Assembly: GCF_037042905.1 (NCBI RefSeq)
Contig: NC_087256.1
Coordinates: forward strand, 9,424,001-9,488,000
DNA length: 64,000 bases
Origin: Lytechinus pictus
Lineage: Eukaryota
Direction: 5' to 3'
Shown here: in pieces, positions 38,305 to 52,095 of the stretch
How positions within the stretch are numbered: position 1 is the stretch's first letter
How the letters are laid out: every line of letters starts with the position of its first letter
Program-made: the position numbers and the translations under genes
The notes under the pieces: model-generated
Told to the model about the DNA's origin: nothing
The model's database searches: none
The model's input: the letters and a program-made list of their open reading frames with translations, nothing else

Positions 38305-41300
38305 ATGATGCACTCATTCTGCGTTCTCACCGTCTTGCTGTCGGCACTTATGCCGTGTCTATCGGCCTGGGCACCACTCTACCGTACCGCCGACAAAGCA
38401 CCAAACAGCTACATTATAGTGCTAAAGGTGACGTTTCAAACATTCCCATAGCTCTACGTTTAACATAGGAATTTAATTATGCAATTTTAATGATCAGATT
38501 CAAAATAGTTTTGGCTTAATGTAGCAAGTGTATTACAGTGAATGTTGAGGCGATAAGCAACCATCAAACAAAAATGGAACTCTATCTTCTTAGGTGGATC
38601 TTAAATCGTTATCCATTGACTTTAAGCAACGTCTGATAATATTTTAAGTCGTTGCATCAATTTACTCTGAATGATGAACTTATTTGCACTGGGCAGCATT
38701 ATGTATGGTCCAATCAAGTTCAATAGATACCATAACGCCAAGATAATGGCATATTGGGGGAAGTTCGAATTTCGTACCACAACAAAAACGACATGTGTAT
38801 TTGATTTTTCAAATAACAATAGGATGTTTAGTTAAATAAGTTATAATGCTATTTCAATATTCTTTCTCTTTTCAACATCCCCTGATATTCATAACTCATT
38901 CATCATTTTTTTGTTTATTGATNNNNNNNNNNNNNNNNNNNNNNNNNNNNNNNNNNNNNNNNNNNNNNNNNNNNNNNNNNNNNNNNNNNNNNNNNNNNNN
39001 NNNNNNNNNNNNNNNNNNNNNNNNNNNNNNNNNNNNNNNNNNNNNNNNNNNNNNNNNNNNNNNNTCCTATCCTTCTTCTTTCTTCTTCTTCCTCCTCCTT
39101 CTTTTTCTCTTTCTTCTTCTTCTTCTTCATCATCTTCATCTTCCTTTACTTATTCTTCCTCTTTTTATCTTTAATCTACTTTGTAGGAAGGGGTTGACGT
39201 AGATGAAATAACCTCCTCTTTTGTTACCACGGCAACTGCATCCGGCCTATCTTTTGATGTTACCCACAAGTATAGATCCATCTTAAATGGATTCTCTGTG
39301 ACTCTGCGTAACGAGGAACTCCTATCATTGGTAACTAAATTCAAATGTAGTCATTAGACTTATTTAAGCATTAGCTAGGTTCACCTATATAATTTTACAA
39401 AAATTTAATATATTAGAATTTCTCCAGTTTTATCAAATGAACGAACGACTCATTATAACTTCAAGACAAAGATTGAAAAGAGTGAAATGTAAATTTTCTA
39501 TTAAAAAATGTTATATTTTGTCTATGAATCATATTCAGTATTTGCCATAATTATAGTTCTGTTGCAAGAATTCTCATGAATCCTCCAAGTAGTCCCTCAA
39601 AAAATATAATCTTCACTCAGTGATTGTATTGTGACATTTATTATGTATGAATATCATCTGTCAGGTATGTGGTTGGGTATGTACCAAGGGCACACTTTAC
39701 TTTCTCAAAGTAATATAATTATCTTGCATCCACTGGTGCATGAATGGGGTGGTGCGGGGCTTGGGTCACTCGCCCCACCAAAAGAGTTCCGCGACTGAGA
39801 ATAAAAAGGAGAAATTAAAAGATAAAGAAGAGGGGTGACATAAAAGACTATTTCTGAATGTTATGTCAAAAGCTATTTCATTTAAAAGAAGTAAAGACTT
39901 TTGCTGTCTCACGGCAATTTGGTTGTTTTTGTTTTGTTGTTTCATACGCCATGTTCTACCCATTCAATTCTTATTTTAACTCTGTGCTCAACTGCTGGCA
40001 TTTTTCGTTAGATTCGCTCGCACGAATCTGTTCGATATGTGGAGGAGGATGGCATGGCGTACATTGACGAGGCAACTTGGGGTTTGGATCGAATCGATCA
40101 GCGGAATTTACCTTTGGACGATTCTTACATCCCTTTTGGTAAGACAATCTAGATTTAAGGAGATGTTTCCATATTCGATCAATATTTAAAACTTGGATTT
40201 TCAGAGCAATGGCATAACACGAATAGGCTCGTATTGTCCGAAATATGTTTTTCTATCAAATGGCAACAAGTGACATAATAACACAAATAGAGTTTTAATG
40301 AGCTTGTACTTGATATCTTGTTCTGTGCGAATGTTCAGAGAGAGAGAAAGAAAAATCCTGTTTTGAGTTATACGGTTGGTCAACGGATCGTACCTTGGTG
40401 TCTAAGTAAATGACAGAAACATAATTTGTGTGTTTTACAGCTTCCTTTTGTCGAAGTGTGGACAGTGTCGTAATGTGTATACTTTATATTATCCATACAT
40501 TTTGGTTGATGTTTAAGCATTATAAAAATTATATTTTACTATACCTTCTTTTATTACAAAATACAATTCTTGTTAAAGTTTAGATTGATGTTGTTTTCCC
40601 CCCAATAGCAAATGGAGAAGGGGCACATGTGTATATTATAGATACCGGACTCATGACCACTCACACCGAGTTTGAGGACAGGGGGACATTTGCTTATGAC
40701 GCAACAAATAGAGAGATCGTACGTATATGATTGATAAATGAATATAATCAATTTTATTAGTCTTATTTTATCTTGTTTTATTCTAAAGTGGAACATAGAT
40801 TTTTAAAATGTATCTTAACAATATACTACGTTCTGAGTGACAACATCTCACCACATTGAAAATTTTCAGATAAAAATGATGTAATACACGTACATGTGGA
40901 TCGTAGTTATGAAATTTATTTCGGTTATCAAATTAGCAAACAAGCCTATCAGAAGGTTTTACAAACTTTTGTGATTATGGCTAGATTAGGTGAAGCATCT
41001 GCTCTCTTCTCACGCTTTGAGATATCGGGAATCTGTATAGGAGGAATGCCACTTAAATCGTTCATTATTCGAAATCTATCTAAGCTGATTAAGTTGAAAC
41101 AAGTACATAGCATGTATAATCATACTGTAACAACTGTTTATGTAATGGGAAAAAAACTTTTCATTGTTCTTTATACTTACAAGTGCATGTAACTATAAAT
41201 GATCCTCATTTCGTTTCATAGTAACAAACCTAATTTGTATTGGCACCTCGTTACTCTGTGATAACTTGCTCTTTTATTGAAATGAAAAAAAAAACTTTCT

Positions 41301-44300
41301 TTGTTGAAGTGAAAAGTTTATTTTCCTTTCAACAAACAAATTTTCATTTTCATTTCAAAATCAAAAGAGCAAATTATTATACAGTAACGAGATGCCAATA
41401 CAAATTAATATCCGAGGCCCTATGGATATGCTGGTGTACCGACTCAAGACGGACTAAAGCTATTTTCATTGACATATCATCGTTTGGTTTAGAGTCGGTT
41501 ATGCTTCAGTCAAAACAACGAAACCGACTCCAAACCGACCGATGGTATGTTGAAGATTGAAGATAACGTAGTAGTTTCAATCCGTGTGGAGTCGGTTACT
41601 GGTTAGTTGAATTGATTGCAGTATGAGTGACAGGAGAGAGCCTAAAAAGTCAATTGAATGAATGGTTGTGTGTTGCAGGGCACTGGGACGGACTGTAATG
41701 GCCATGGGACCCACTGCGCTGGGACAGCAGCAGGAAAAGACTACGGTGTAGCACCAAAAGCCATGGTCTATGGTGTCAGGGTTCTAGGATGCCAGGGATC
41801 TGGAGCTTGGTCTGGAATCATTGATGGTGAGCTTGTATACAAATAATACACAACATCGAGAGTACTATAAGGAATTACACACACGTGATATATATATGGA
41901 TCAGTTCTAACTCTCCCTTGGCATTTAATACCGAGGGCGTTTTGACGGTCACGGTTTTAGAAGTACTAAGCCTATGTAATAGTATTCGAATTCCCGAGCA
42001 AAATTATATGTATTATGCAGGTGTAGGTTTTATAGATTTTTATATTGTTATTTGATAAACCGCCCTCATCTAAAGACATAACCGCTCAATTGTCATTTAT
42101 AGTGACTGGTCACGTGATAGACTTCAGCAAATTATTTGATTGGGATCCACGTCACCCTTTTTTTTATTAATATCAAAGTAGAGGTCTGTGGCGCACTCGT
42201 GGCCGCATGATCAAAGGTGCCTGGCGACACATGTGAAAGCCCGGGGTTCTGTTCCCTGATCCCCCTTCCCTTGACCAATGCATTTATCATAAGCCTACAT
42301 TGCTCTAATGCTCTTTTATTCAAAATGAAGTGAAATTTGTGCAGGCATTGTTGATACCAACGTATGCACGTATTTGTTTGGTGGCTGTCCCTTTTAATGC
42401 ACTCGAGCTTGACTTCGCCCAGAGGCAAATGTTGGAGAGCGCCATCTAAAAAAACACCGAATACATTGGATCATAGGTGATTTTTGAAGGACACCATGTA
42501 CTGTGTTTAAACAAATTACATCCATTGAGCCACAAAGCCTCAAATTCACCTCTCAGACATATTACTTGTTGCTTTGTCAGGCAATTCCCAAGCATGTCTC
42601 CCAGTTCTGGGGCCCATTTCATACAGAGTTACAGCTGCCATTATGGCAACTACCACGGCAACATGGCTCAGCAGCCAATCAAAATCAAGGTTACCATGGT
42701 AGTTGCCATAATTACAGAGTTACAACAGTTGCAACTCTTTATGAAACGGGCCCCAGATGCGAGTGGGTTTTATTTTCCTTAGTTTTGCAATGTCACGTGT
42801 ACATATTGTGTCAACTTGATTATTACCTTTTAATGGAGTAAGCCAGCTTTAAAGCGGATCTTCTTAAAGAAGCAGGCCTGGAATCACATATTCCCAGAAA
42901 TACAAATAAAATAAGGCCACCGCACACCTTACGACTGTTCGCGATCCGATTTTGGAACAAATCGCGTTTTGCTCATTTTCTGAAAATGTGAATGGAACAT
43001 ATCATTTTATTTGAGATTAAAATAAATTGAAAGAATACTTATATAACCATTTTAAAAGATTGCTAGCCTTTATTTTGATGTAAAGGCCAAATTAGTTTCA
43101 AATCGTAGCCAATCGTACGACTGCTATGACGTCATTACGACTAGATATTAAATTCGCTTTTATTCTAAGAAGGATGATAGCATAGTCACAAGTTTGAACA
43201 TAGGTATTCGTACGATGATTTAGAACATTACACAGTAAGATATTCCAAGTCTCAATATTAGCATCAAAGGTCAAATTCTACTACATTTATTCTGAAATCG
43301 GGTCGCAGATCAATCGTAAGGTGTGCGGTCGCCTTTATATGCCCCTTAAAAATGATTACAGGGGTATATATTGAGTAATTATACATTAAATCATATGAAC
43401 AGCTTCTTAGGTCTATGGGAGGATCTCCTCCCTCGAACTTACCGAGATACCGTACGCCAGTACACCACCACTATCCCTCTCCGAGAACATCATCGTACAG
43501 ATCACCATCATCATCATTACTACCACTTAAAGTCTTCATTCTTTTAAGGAATTTCTAAATGAACGAAACACTGTTTGGCTTATAACGCATCAGTCTCTGG
43601 AATTATTTTGTTCTTTCTCCGCCTTTCGGTCTGTATAGGAATGGATTGGGTAGCGAGTAATGGTAACCGACCTGCTGTAGCCTCCATGTCTCTCAGCGGT
43701 CCTGCGGATGGGACTGCTGTTGATGAAGCTGTAGCCAATATGGTGGCTGCAGGTGTTACGTTGACCGTCTCAGCTGGGAACAACAACTATGATGCTTGTC
43801 AGCGCATGCCAACTAGAGCACCGGAGGTAAAGTAATTCTTGATTCGCTACGAAATTATATATAATAAAGCAAGAAAAACAATACTCAATCTTGCCGATGG
43901 CTATATAGATAAATCTTCCAATATAAGCCTCGAATTCGGCAAAGTTAAGTGAGTTAGCCACCACATATCCGAACATATCCATCTCGTACTTGTTTGACCA
44001 TATTCTTCTCATTTAAGTGGTCTGTCGCACAAACGACACCTTGTTATATTGGTCGGACCATGGTTGTAGTAGGTCTGACAGACTCGGTTTAATTTGTTGC
44101 AAATTTAAGGGAGGTCGTATAAATCTGGAAATGAAAGGAAACATTATACAATTTTGTTTTCGAAAAGACGAACACATTTACTGTCCAAGTTTCCCCTATG
44201 CCTGTTTCACATATGGCGCAATCAATTGAAACTCAGTTGTCTGCCTAATTTAGATGCCTTTGTCTCTGAGGCATTCTTTTAATTACTCCAATAAAATCAC

Positions 44301-45637
44301 AATTCACATCGTGTCCAGGCGCCATCGAGCAACACCATGATAGAACTACTTTATTTTTTAAGATCAACTTTCAGAGTCGTTTCGAGGTACCGGTGTCATT
44401 GATTTGGAGGTGATAGGAATCAAGGAAGCAAGATCTTGGTTTACTCTCGAAGATCTTTTAATATGAGTGACAGACAGCTATTTACAAGCATATCCAAATT
44501 ATGGGCATGGTGGAAGAGTTAAGATGTTTATTTTTTATACTGGTTTATACTCCTCCCGTCCTCCTTCCAGGATCACAATCATTGCCAGGAGATTAATCGC
44601 CAAATAAAATAAACCATACTTCCTTTTATAATGGTTCCTACAGGCTATCACAGTTGGAGCCACCGAGAAAGACGACGCGAGGGCGTCGTTTTCCAACTAC
44701 GGCGGATGCGTCAATATCTTCGCCCCTGGACGATCCGTCGTTAGTGCGGGCATCGGTTCAGATACCGAGTATACCTCCAAGAGTGGAACCAGTATGTCAA
44801 CGCCTCATGTCGCAGGTGAGTCGTTGATATATGCATTATAGAGGCTCGAGGAGCTATTACTTGTTTTGCACATGACTCCATGCCATGTACTTATATAAAA
44901 TGAAAGGAATGAGATCCCAAGTGTTGTTGATGATGTCCAAATAACGTGAGACTGTGTTTCCGACGTAATGGCATGTTACATATCACCACTGGCTATTGAT
45001 ATAATAAAGTGCATTTAAAGCCTCTAATAAGTGATTCAATCGAAGATCAAGATCTCATGGAAATTTGTTTTTACATAGTTTGCTGTAAGAATGAACCCAG
45101 TCTATAGACTGTAAAATTTTCGTAATTGATTTTATATAATTCAAAAGAGAATGGAATTACCTTTTGTTTCATTATAAATTTCTAATAATCCCCCATTAAG
45201 AAAATGATGGCAAGTAAGGTATATTATACAAAAATGTTTATAAAACACTTTCGTCCACTACCGCAAGATCATTATATCAACATTCCAAAAGTGGCACAAT
45301 ATTTTTTAAAACCACTTTACAACTGACTCTCTATATCCGTGTTGAACAATTAAAGTCAGATGCCAGGCGCAGAGTTGCCTACCACTTCGTTAAAACGACG
45401 ACCCTGCCTTCGGCATGTTCCTGATGTTCGGAGGGTTACACTCCAAAAAATAAATATTTTCCAATGAAATGATTTGATTTATCTCAACCATCAGGTGCAG
45501 CTGCTTTGTATCTTGGCGAGAACCCATCCCTGACACCGCTCCAAGTCCGCAGCGTACTATCCAATGGAGCAACTAAAGACTGTGTCTCTGACCCGATGGG
45601 CTCACCCAATTTACTCCTCTACGTGCCAAACCAGTAA
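38305..45637 (+). CDS. Secreted subtilisin-like serine protease, S8A proteinase K/aqualysin type, paralog 2 (~384 aa, 8 exons)
   Basis: Exons 38305-38427, 39187-39330, 40012-40138, 40609-40718, 41679-41826, 43639-43826, 44644-44815, 45495-45637. GT-AG introns, same phases as paralog 1. Signal peptide; I9 prodomain ([17 protein letters not shown]); [39 protein letters not shown]; ends [11 protein letters not shown]. Confidence 0.93.
38923..39064. other. Assembly gap (N run), followed by a (TCT/CCT)n microsatellite to ~39145
   Basis: Run of n, then the trinucleotide repeat. Confidence 1.
42190..42370 (+). mobile_element. Decayed tRNA-derived SINE
   Basis: cgtggccgcatgatcaaaggtgcctggc.a.acatgtgaaagcccggggttc matches the SINE head at 35005-35081. 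Confidence 0.5.
42607..42756. mobile_element. Palindromic MITE (CWG-flanked, Harbinger-like)
   Basis: ctggggcccatttcatacagagttaca ... tgcaactctttatgaaacgggccccag. Confidence 0.75.
42915..43333. mobile_element. PIF/Harbinger-like MITE
   Basis: TIRs ggccaccgcacaccttacga ... tcgtaaggtgtgcggtcgcc; a partial second copy lies at 9680-10000. Confidence 0.75.
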
Positions 45638-47581
45638 AACGTGAACGGTCTTATGCGCATACTAAGAAATTTGTTAACCCTAAATTAAACACTTGTACCA
45701 ACCTATTTGAGTGTAATCTTGCACCTAGTAGCAAAAGGTGCAAAAATCCACATTTTCTTTATCATTATTTGCACCAAGAAATGCTCGTTTCCACCCTGAC
45801 AAGCTGCAAATTTTAACCTTTTAAGGTGCATGATACTTGACATTAATAAAGGTTCAAATTTGAACCTTAATTACATGGTTAATTTCTGCACCCTATAGGG
45901 TGCTTAATAAAGCTAATTGAACCCTAAAAGGTGCACAAATGAGCATAATTGTCCTCATTAGCACTCCTTGGGCTGATGCTATTGTACCAACACCTCCCGT
46001 TCAAATTTGAAACCCTATTTCTTAGTGTGTGTGTGGGGGGGGGGGGGTGAGGAAGAGGTACTGATGTTGGTGGAGAGGGGTAAAGGTCCATAATTACAGG
46101 GAAAGTTCAATAAACATCTTATAGATTTAACAAGTTTTATTGAGTTTGATCTTACTGAGGTTGAATATTAATTTGTAATTTGTTTGGATGATGAAACATT
46201 TGAACTGGACATAGGGTTAATATATAGGTCCTTCAAGCTTTACTCTATAGATCAATTAAATTCAAATTTGGGTTTAATGACTACCTTTAACAGAAAAAAA
46301 GATGTTGGCATTTCCGAAGAAAGGACCTGTGCTAATTAAATTGATTTTGAACAGAATGTCAAGTATTAGAAATGTTATTGCAAATTAAGCCTAGATGCAT
46401 GATAATATTATTAGAAGTTGTAAACCCGATTATTTAATGTAAGATACAAGTGCAATCAAATTCTCCTGTGCAATACATGATGGCAAATTAACATATAAAG
46501 TCATATTTTTATCAATTATAAATTCATATAAAGCAATATACCGAAGTAAAAAAATATAGTGGTAATTGTTATTTACATGAATATGAATTGTTTGTACTAA
46601 AGCTGAACTAAAGTTCTAATACACGTGTCTATGTCAAACGCAGCTAACTTGTAACTTGAGGTTACGAAAAAAAATAAAAATGAAAACGACAAAGAAAGGG
46701 GGGGGGGTGAGGAAAGTTTGTAAAAATGTTTTCACATCAAGACGTGTTAGCCGGTGTATGTCGACGTACATTTCATATGGCAAGCAGTCTTCATCCCCAT
46801 TTTCGTGATATCAATTTTCCTTTTCGTTTTATACAACAACATACAAATTATTTATTTGAATAAAAACATTTCTAATGTCTATCAAAGATAATTCTCCATT
46901 TCAAGAAATGTGACAAAGAAAGCGACTTGCTATGGCCTACGTAAATCGGCATAGCTGGTTAAAATCTTTAGGTATGGCAGCTCCTCAAAAAGGGGGTAGT
47001 CGTGTGGAATCCTGTGGAATGAAAAGAAAATGGAAAATAACATTTTGAGAGATAAAGGAAAACTTGCTTCTACACCCTCAATGCTTGTCATTGAAATAAA
47101 AACCCATCAATAACGCTCGTGATCAATGCTGTAATGACATGATACTGAACCCCACTCTTTACCTAGTATATACTCCTCACTCGAGACGCCATATTATAAT
47201 CCTACCCTTATTTCTCACAAATTATTAGCATGATTAGTGCGTCAAGTTCAGGGTTTTCAATAACTAAAAACTCGAATAACCTCTTATAAATCCCGGACGT
47301 ATCACCAGGAACGTGTTATAGCAATCTCCTTTCTATAAGGGGAGTGTTCTGTATTATGATCATGTGATTGGTATTACAGGTGTATGGACATGAGGGCCCC
47401 GTAACACAAATGTTAGCGATTGATCGGTAATTTGAAAGAACAATTCTGATTGGTTCCTAGTCAGTCTACCGAGCAAAATGCTCAGACTGTCCGTGGTGTG
47501 ACGTGTAGCCATGCAGAAGTGGCAGAAGCGACCTGAACGAAGTTGTTTTAATTTCCATGAACTGATAACCCACCGCGGGCC

Positions 47582-49610
47582 ATGGGAACCAATGCTATCA
47601 ACTTCACTAAAAGTGACATCGACGATCTTGATCCCCAAGATGGAACGGTCTTCGAAGACTATGGCTTCGATATCAAACAGAGAATCGGAATCTCAGTGGT
47701 TTACAGTCTAATTGCATTAACGGGAATAGCAGGTATGGAACAACCTTAGTTTAGAATCTATCGACAATTTACATACAAAAATAGTTTCCTCTTATTCATC
47801 TATTATTCTATTCGGTTTTCATTCCGTCGTAATTAGACCGACAGTACATGTATATCAAATAAAAAAATAAGGTAATCAAATAAGAATTACAGGTTTTGAG
47901 GAGAAAGAGAGAGAGAGAGGGGGGTGCAAGGGGGGGGGGGTTAAGAGAGGGGGCAGACGGATAGAGAGATATATAGGGTGATAGAAGAAAAAGACAGAGA
48001 AAGAGAGAGAGAATGAGAGAGAGAGAGGGAGAGAGAGTATCTACCTATGTCCTCCATAGAGGCATGACTTAAGTGACACAAAAATGATACGTCTGACAGA
48101 AAAGGTGCGGGTATAACCATTAGTAACTAATCAGGTTCTATAGTTAATGAGCACGAATCCTTTCGATCAAAACTGTCCCCTTCAACCAATTTCGAATTTT
48201 GAATAGGAGGTTATCAATGGTTTTCTCTTTTAGGGCTATAGGTCTAATAACTTGAAATTATTATTGGTAGTGGGTGTGGGCATATTGTCTTTTCCACCAT
48301 TGTCATTCATATATCGTGAGACCAGAGTACACAATTCCTATTTTAGATGCCTCACTTCGCTAGGAACAGTGCAATTGGTAATTCGTCACGACATAATTTT
48401 TTCCGTAATAGAATACTTTGAACCATATATCATAACAGCTGTCTCTCGAAAAGAAAGCTAGAGACAATGATCTCTTATTTACATTAGCATTTAACTGGGT
48501 ATCTATTCGTTCGTGTATCATAATGTAAGTAAATGCAAGCAATTCTTTATACTATCATCCATCCTTCTCATATTTCAATCCACAGGAAATGCTTGTGTCT
48601 TCATGGCAGTTCTTCTTTCAAAGAAGCTCCACACGCTAACAAACATCCTTGTGGTAAATCTCAGTATCACAGATTTCCTGGCATGCTGCAGTATTCTTGT
48701 CCAAAGTGTAGTTCTTGTGACATCAGACAAGTTCCTCAAGGTAGTTCCTACTCAGCTTTGCGTCCTAGCCGGTGCAGTCAACTTCGTGGGTGTGTCTAAC
48801 AGTCTCATGACGCTAACGCTGATAGCCTTTATGCGGTGGTATGTCATTACCCGCAGCATCAGAGGCCAAAGAGGACTCCATACTCCTGGAAAGGTAGCAG
48901 CGTTAATAATCATCACTTGGATATTCTCGTTGGTGTCCATGATACTGCCACCGGCACTTGGGCTAGGAACTCTAGGGTACAGCGCGGCCTACCATCAATG
49001 CTTGACGATCGACGAAAACAAACTCGTAGCGTACCTTAGTATGTTGCAGAGCGGTGGATGTCTTACCTTTGTCGCAGTTGCTCTTTCTTTCTACATCGCC
49101 ATATATCTGTTCGTTCGAAAGAATACCAGGGCTTTTTCGTTAAGGCTTAGCAGAACTGAAGAAATCCAGAACGTACATGAATCAAGAACAAACATAGAGC
49201 TAGATGAAGTGAAAGATTGTCATGAACAAAGATTGAAGCAAAGCGAACAACGTCGTCAAATGGATGCCCTATTTCGGGATCGAGAGTGGAGGATCACGAA
49301 GAATCTTCTTGTTGTATTCTGCATATTCTTAATTTGTTTCATCCCATTCGCCGTAACCCTTGCAATACCCGGAGGAAGCCTCTCCAATGTCTACACAACT
49401 GCGTTGTTGTATTTAAACGCTTGTATCAACCCTGTTGTGTACTGTCTGAAACATGACCAATTCAAGGAGGTACTGAGGCCCATGTTACGGTGCAGGTGGT
49501 CAAACATTCCACAACCTACCAAGCTTCTCAGACTCTGTTTCCATCGGTCAGATCGCGTTTTGCAGTCTCCCACTACTACTTCCACTAGTGCACTGATAAA
49601 AAGAATGTGA
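47582..49610 (+). CDS. Rhodopsin-like (class A) orphan GPCR, paralog 1 (~391 aa, 2 exons)
   Basis: Exon 1 47582-47732 (gccATGG; MGTNAINFTK...KQRIGISVVYSLIALTGIAG) spliced in phase 1 to exon 2 48586-49610. GN in TM1, NLSITD in TM2, AFMRW at the DRY position, W in TM4, CFIP in TM6, NPVVY in TM7, helix 8 FKEVL. Confidence 0.92.
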
Positions 49611-49802
49611 AATAGAAAATACATTTTTGGTCTGCTTCCTGACTCCAAATCATAGTAACGATCCCTGCACGACTAGCGCAGAAATGTATATTTTTCAAAA
49701 TTTCCACTAGTGCACTCATAAATAGAATGTGAAACAGAAATGCACTTTTTGTTGTTATCTGCAACAGATCTCTAAATCATCAGTAACAGTCCCTGCACGA
49801 CT
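49580..49802 (+). repeat. Diverged tandem duplication (~120-bp period) spanning the GPCR1 stop codon
   Basis: ttccactagtgcact.ataaa.agaatgtgaaa.agaaa...aaatcat...tccctgcacgact occurs at 49580-49674 and 49702-49802. Confidence 0.85.
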
Positions 49803-50633
49803 CCCCTATAATCCTTTTTTCCGCATTTTTTTGTGGGATGGGGTCACGTAGTACTTTTAGTAGTGCGAAAGTAATTTTTTATCTCAAAAGATTTTTTTTT
49901 TCAATAGTAATCGTACAAACCATTCTGAAACTAGATTCAACCTTGAATTAATTAATCAGATCAAAGGGAATATAACCTTCAAAGTTTCCATCTTCCGTTA
50001 AATTTTGTAAAAAAAAAAATGAGGAGTGACAGTCTGTGTCTCGAGACTACAAATAGAGAAGTCATGAAATTCGCAACAAGTGTACGAAACGTCAGAGGGG
50101 GGGGGGGGGTATAAGGGCACTTATGGTTAATATAATTTTACTTAAGATGTTATTTTTATCGAAATAAAAGAATCTTAAACCTTGATGTACCCATTTACTT
50201 TGAATTTTGCAATTTATCAACTAAGTGATATAAGTGATAGACAACGTTTCTTTTTTTTGTCAAGTAGCGGATCCAGGGGTCATGATAGATCCTTTGCTTT
50301 TTTTTTTCCATTTTTGCTTGTCAAATTTTCGTGATGGAAAATTTCAAAACATTGTCTAACGATTTTTGTTGTTGATAGCCCTTTTTTGTGTTTCTTTCTT
50401 TGCTTATTCGGGGGAGGAAAACGCCTTATTTTCTTTCTAGGCCCCATACATGAAACACAGCCCTTTACCTTGATCCTGGATTCACTGCTGATGGTAGATA
50501 ATATCAGAGCCAGGCTTTTAAATAATTAGTCTGCATTATAACACTGACAGTAGAGCAAGGTCACCCCTTAATAATTGCCGGTAGAAAATTTACCGAATTG
50601 ATGTAGAGGGAAAATGTGATTGAAATAATTGGA

Positions 50634-50894
50634 TACACTACAAAAAACAACAAAATAAAACGCGGTGTAGATTTAATGCACCAGCCCGATATCTATACAT
50701 ATTCACACCATGCAGAGAAGTATTAAAGAACACCAGTTTGGTTTTGGTCTAATACTAGATAGGTGTTTATACAACACCAATTAGTATTAAAACAGCATTG
50801 GTTTGATTCCAAACTGGTGTTGTTTCAATACTTCTCTGGTGTGGACATAGATTGCGGGCTGGTGGTAAATCAACACCGGAGTATTTGCAGTGTA
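50634..50894. mobile_element. TA|CACT...AGTG|TA MITE
   Basis: Termini tacactacaaaaaac ... gtatttgcagtgta; inner inverted arms (caccagcccg / cgggctggtg; aacaccagtttgg / ccaaactggtgtt). Confidence 0.7.
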
Positions 50895-51889
50895 AGATAT
50901 ATACGAGATTTTGCATGAGTCATAAACGAGGCAGTATCTTTATTTTCAACAATAACAAAAATAACAAAAGTTAACTGTGACGTGTAGCCAAATATATATA
51001 TATATATAACAGCCGAGCTTTGGATTTCATGTGAATATACAAACAAAATCGTTCTTAAATCTAACGAATGAATCGATTTTAAAGATTAAAATAAAAATCT
51101 TACAGGTTTAACTTTAATAATGATATTAACGGTGGCTACTTATATAGCGCACATGTCTAACTTTCAGTGCTCATGGCGTTTCAAGAAGTTTAATGTACTC
51201 ATAAACAATAATTGACATCAACTAGAACAAGAAATAGAATAGAAATTTTGATTTTCCAGTATAAAACACACTATGAAACTGTTAAATGTCAAATGTTCGT
51301 TGGATACTAAATAGTCCCAATCTAGATTTGCATCTAATCCATTGAATTTAGAGTGTATAGTAGTACTACAAGTACCGCCACCAAGCTACTACTATTTTGC
51401 TACTACTACATTTGATTAATTTGATATTCGATTTGTATTCTGAACAAGCTGGTTAGAGCATTCAAACGATAACTGTCTAGAGTGTGAAGGATATAGTTAA
51501 CGTGACTCATTGAGGTTGCTTGAGAAGTATGCCAGCAAAAGTTAGATTCGAAAGTATCCGGTTCGGTACTTACGTACACTTTTTTTAAATCATTTTTTAT
51601 TGCACTTAATGTAAGGAAAGAAAGAGAGGGAGAAAAAAAAAGGATGTGGAACTTGTGGGCGGTGTAAAGCATATTGGCCATTCGACATGACTGAAGTTTT
51701 TTTTAATATTATAACCAAAAAGGCTCAGAGGTGACCCTCGGAAAGAGCGGTGACAACCGTCATCACAAGCTTTCTTTTAAGGCGGCATCCCCACCACTTT
51801 CAATTCACAGGATGGTATTTGCGGTGACTCCAAAAGAGAACTTGAAAAACTTGTGACAAAACATGTGGTTCTATCTTATATTTTTTTTA

Positions 51890-52095
51890 TACATTCTTAA
51901 AATATTGGGCAACATACTGTCCACACAAAAATTGGTTAAAGAATTCATCCAACTCTGGGTAGTTTTCAACCAGTACTGTGTATATAGTTTCCACCCAAAG
52001 CACACATTATCGGTTTAAAACTACACCCAGAATTGGATAAAGTATTAACCAATTGTTGTGTGGACAGTATTTTGCCCAACATTTTTAAGAGTGTA
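51890..52095. mobile_element. Palindromic MITE
   Basis: tacattcttaaaatattgggcaacatactgtccacaca ... tgtgtggacagtattttgcccaacatttttaagagtgta. Confidence 0.8.
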
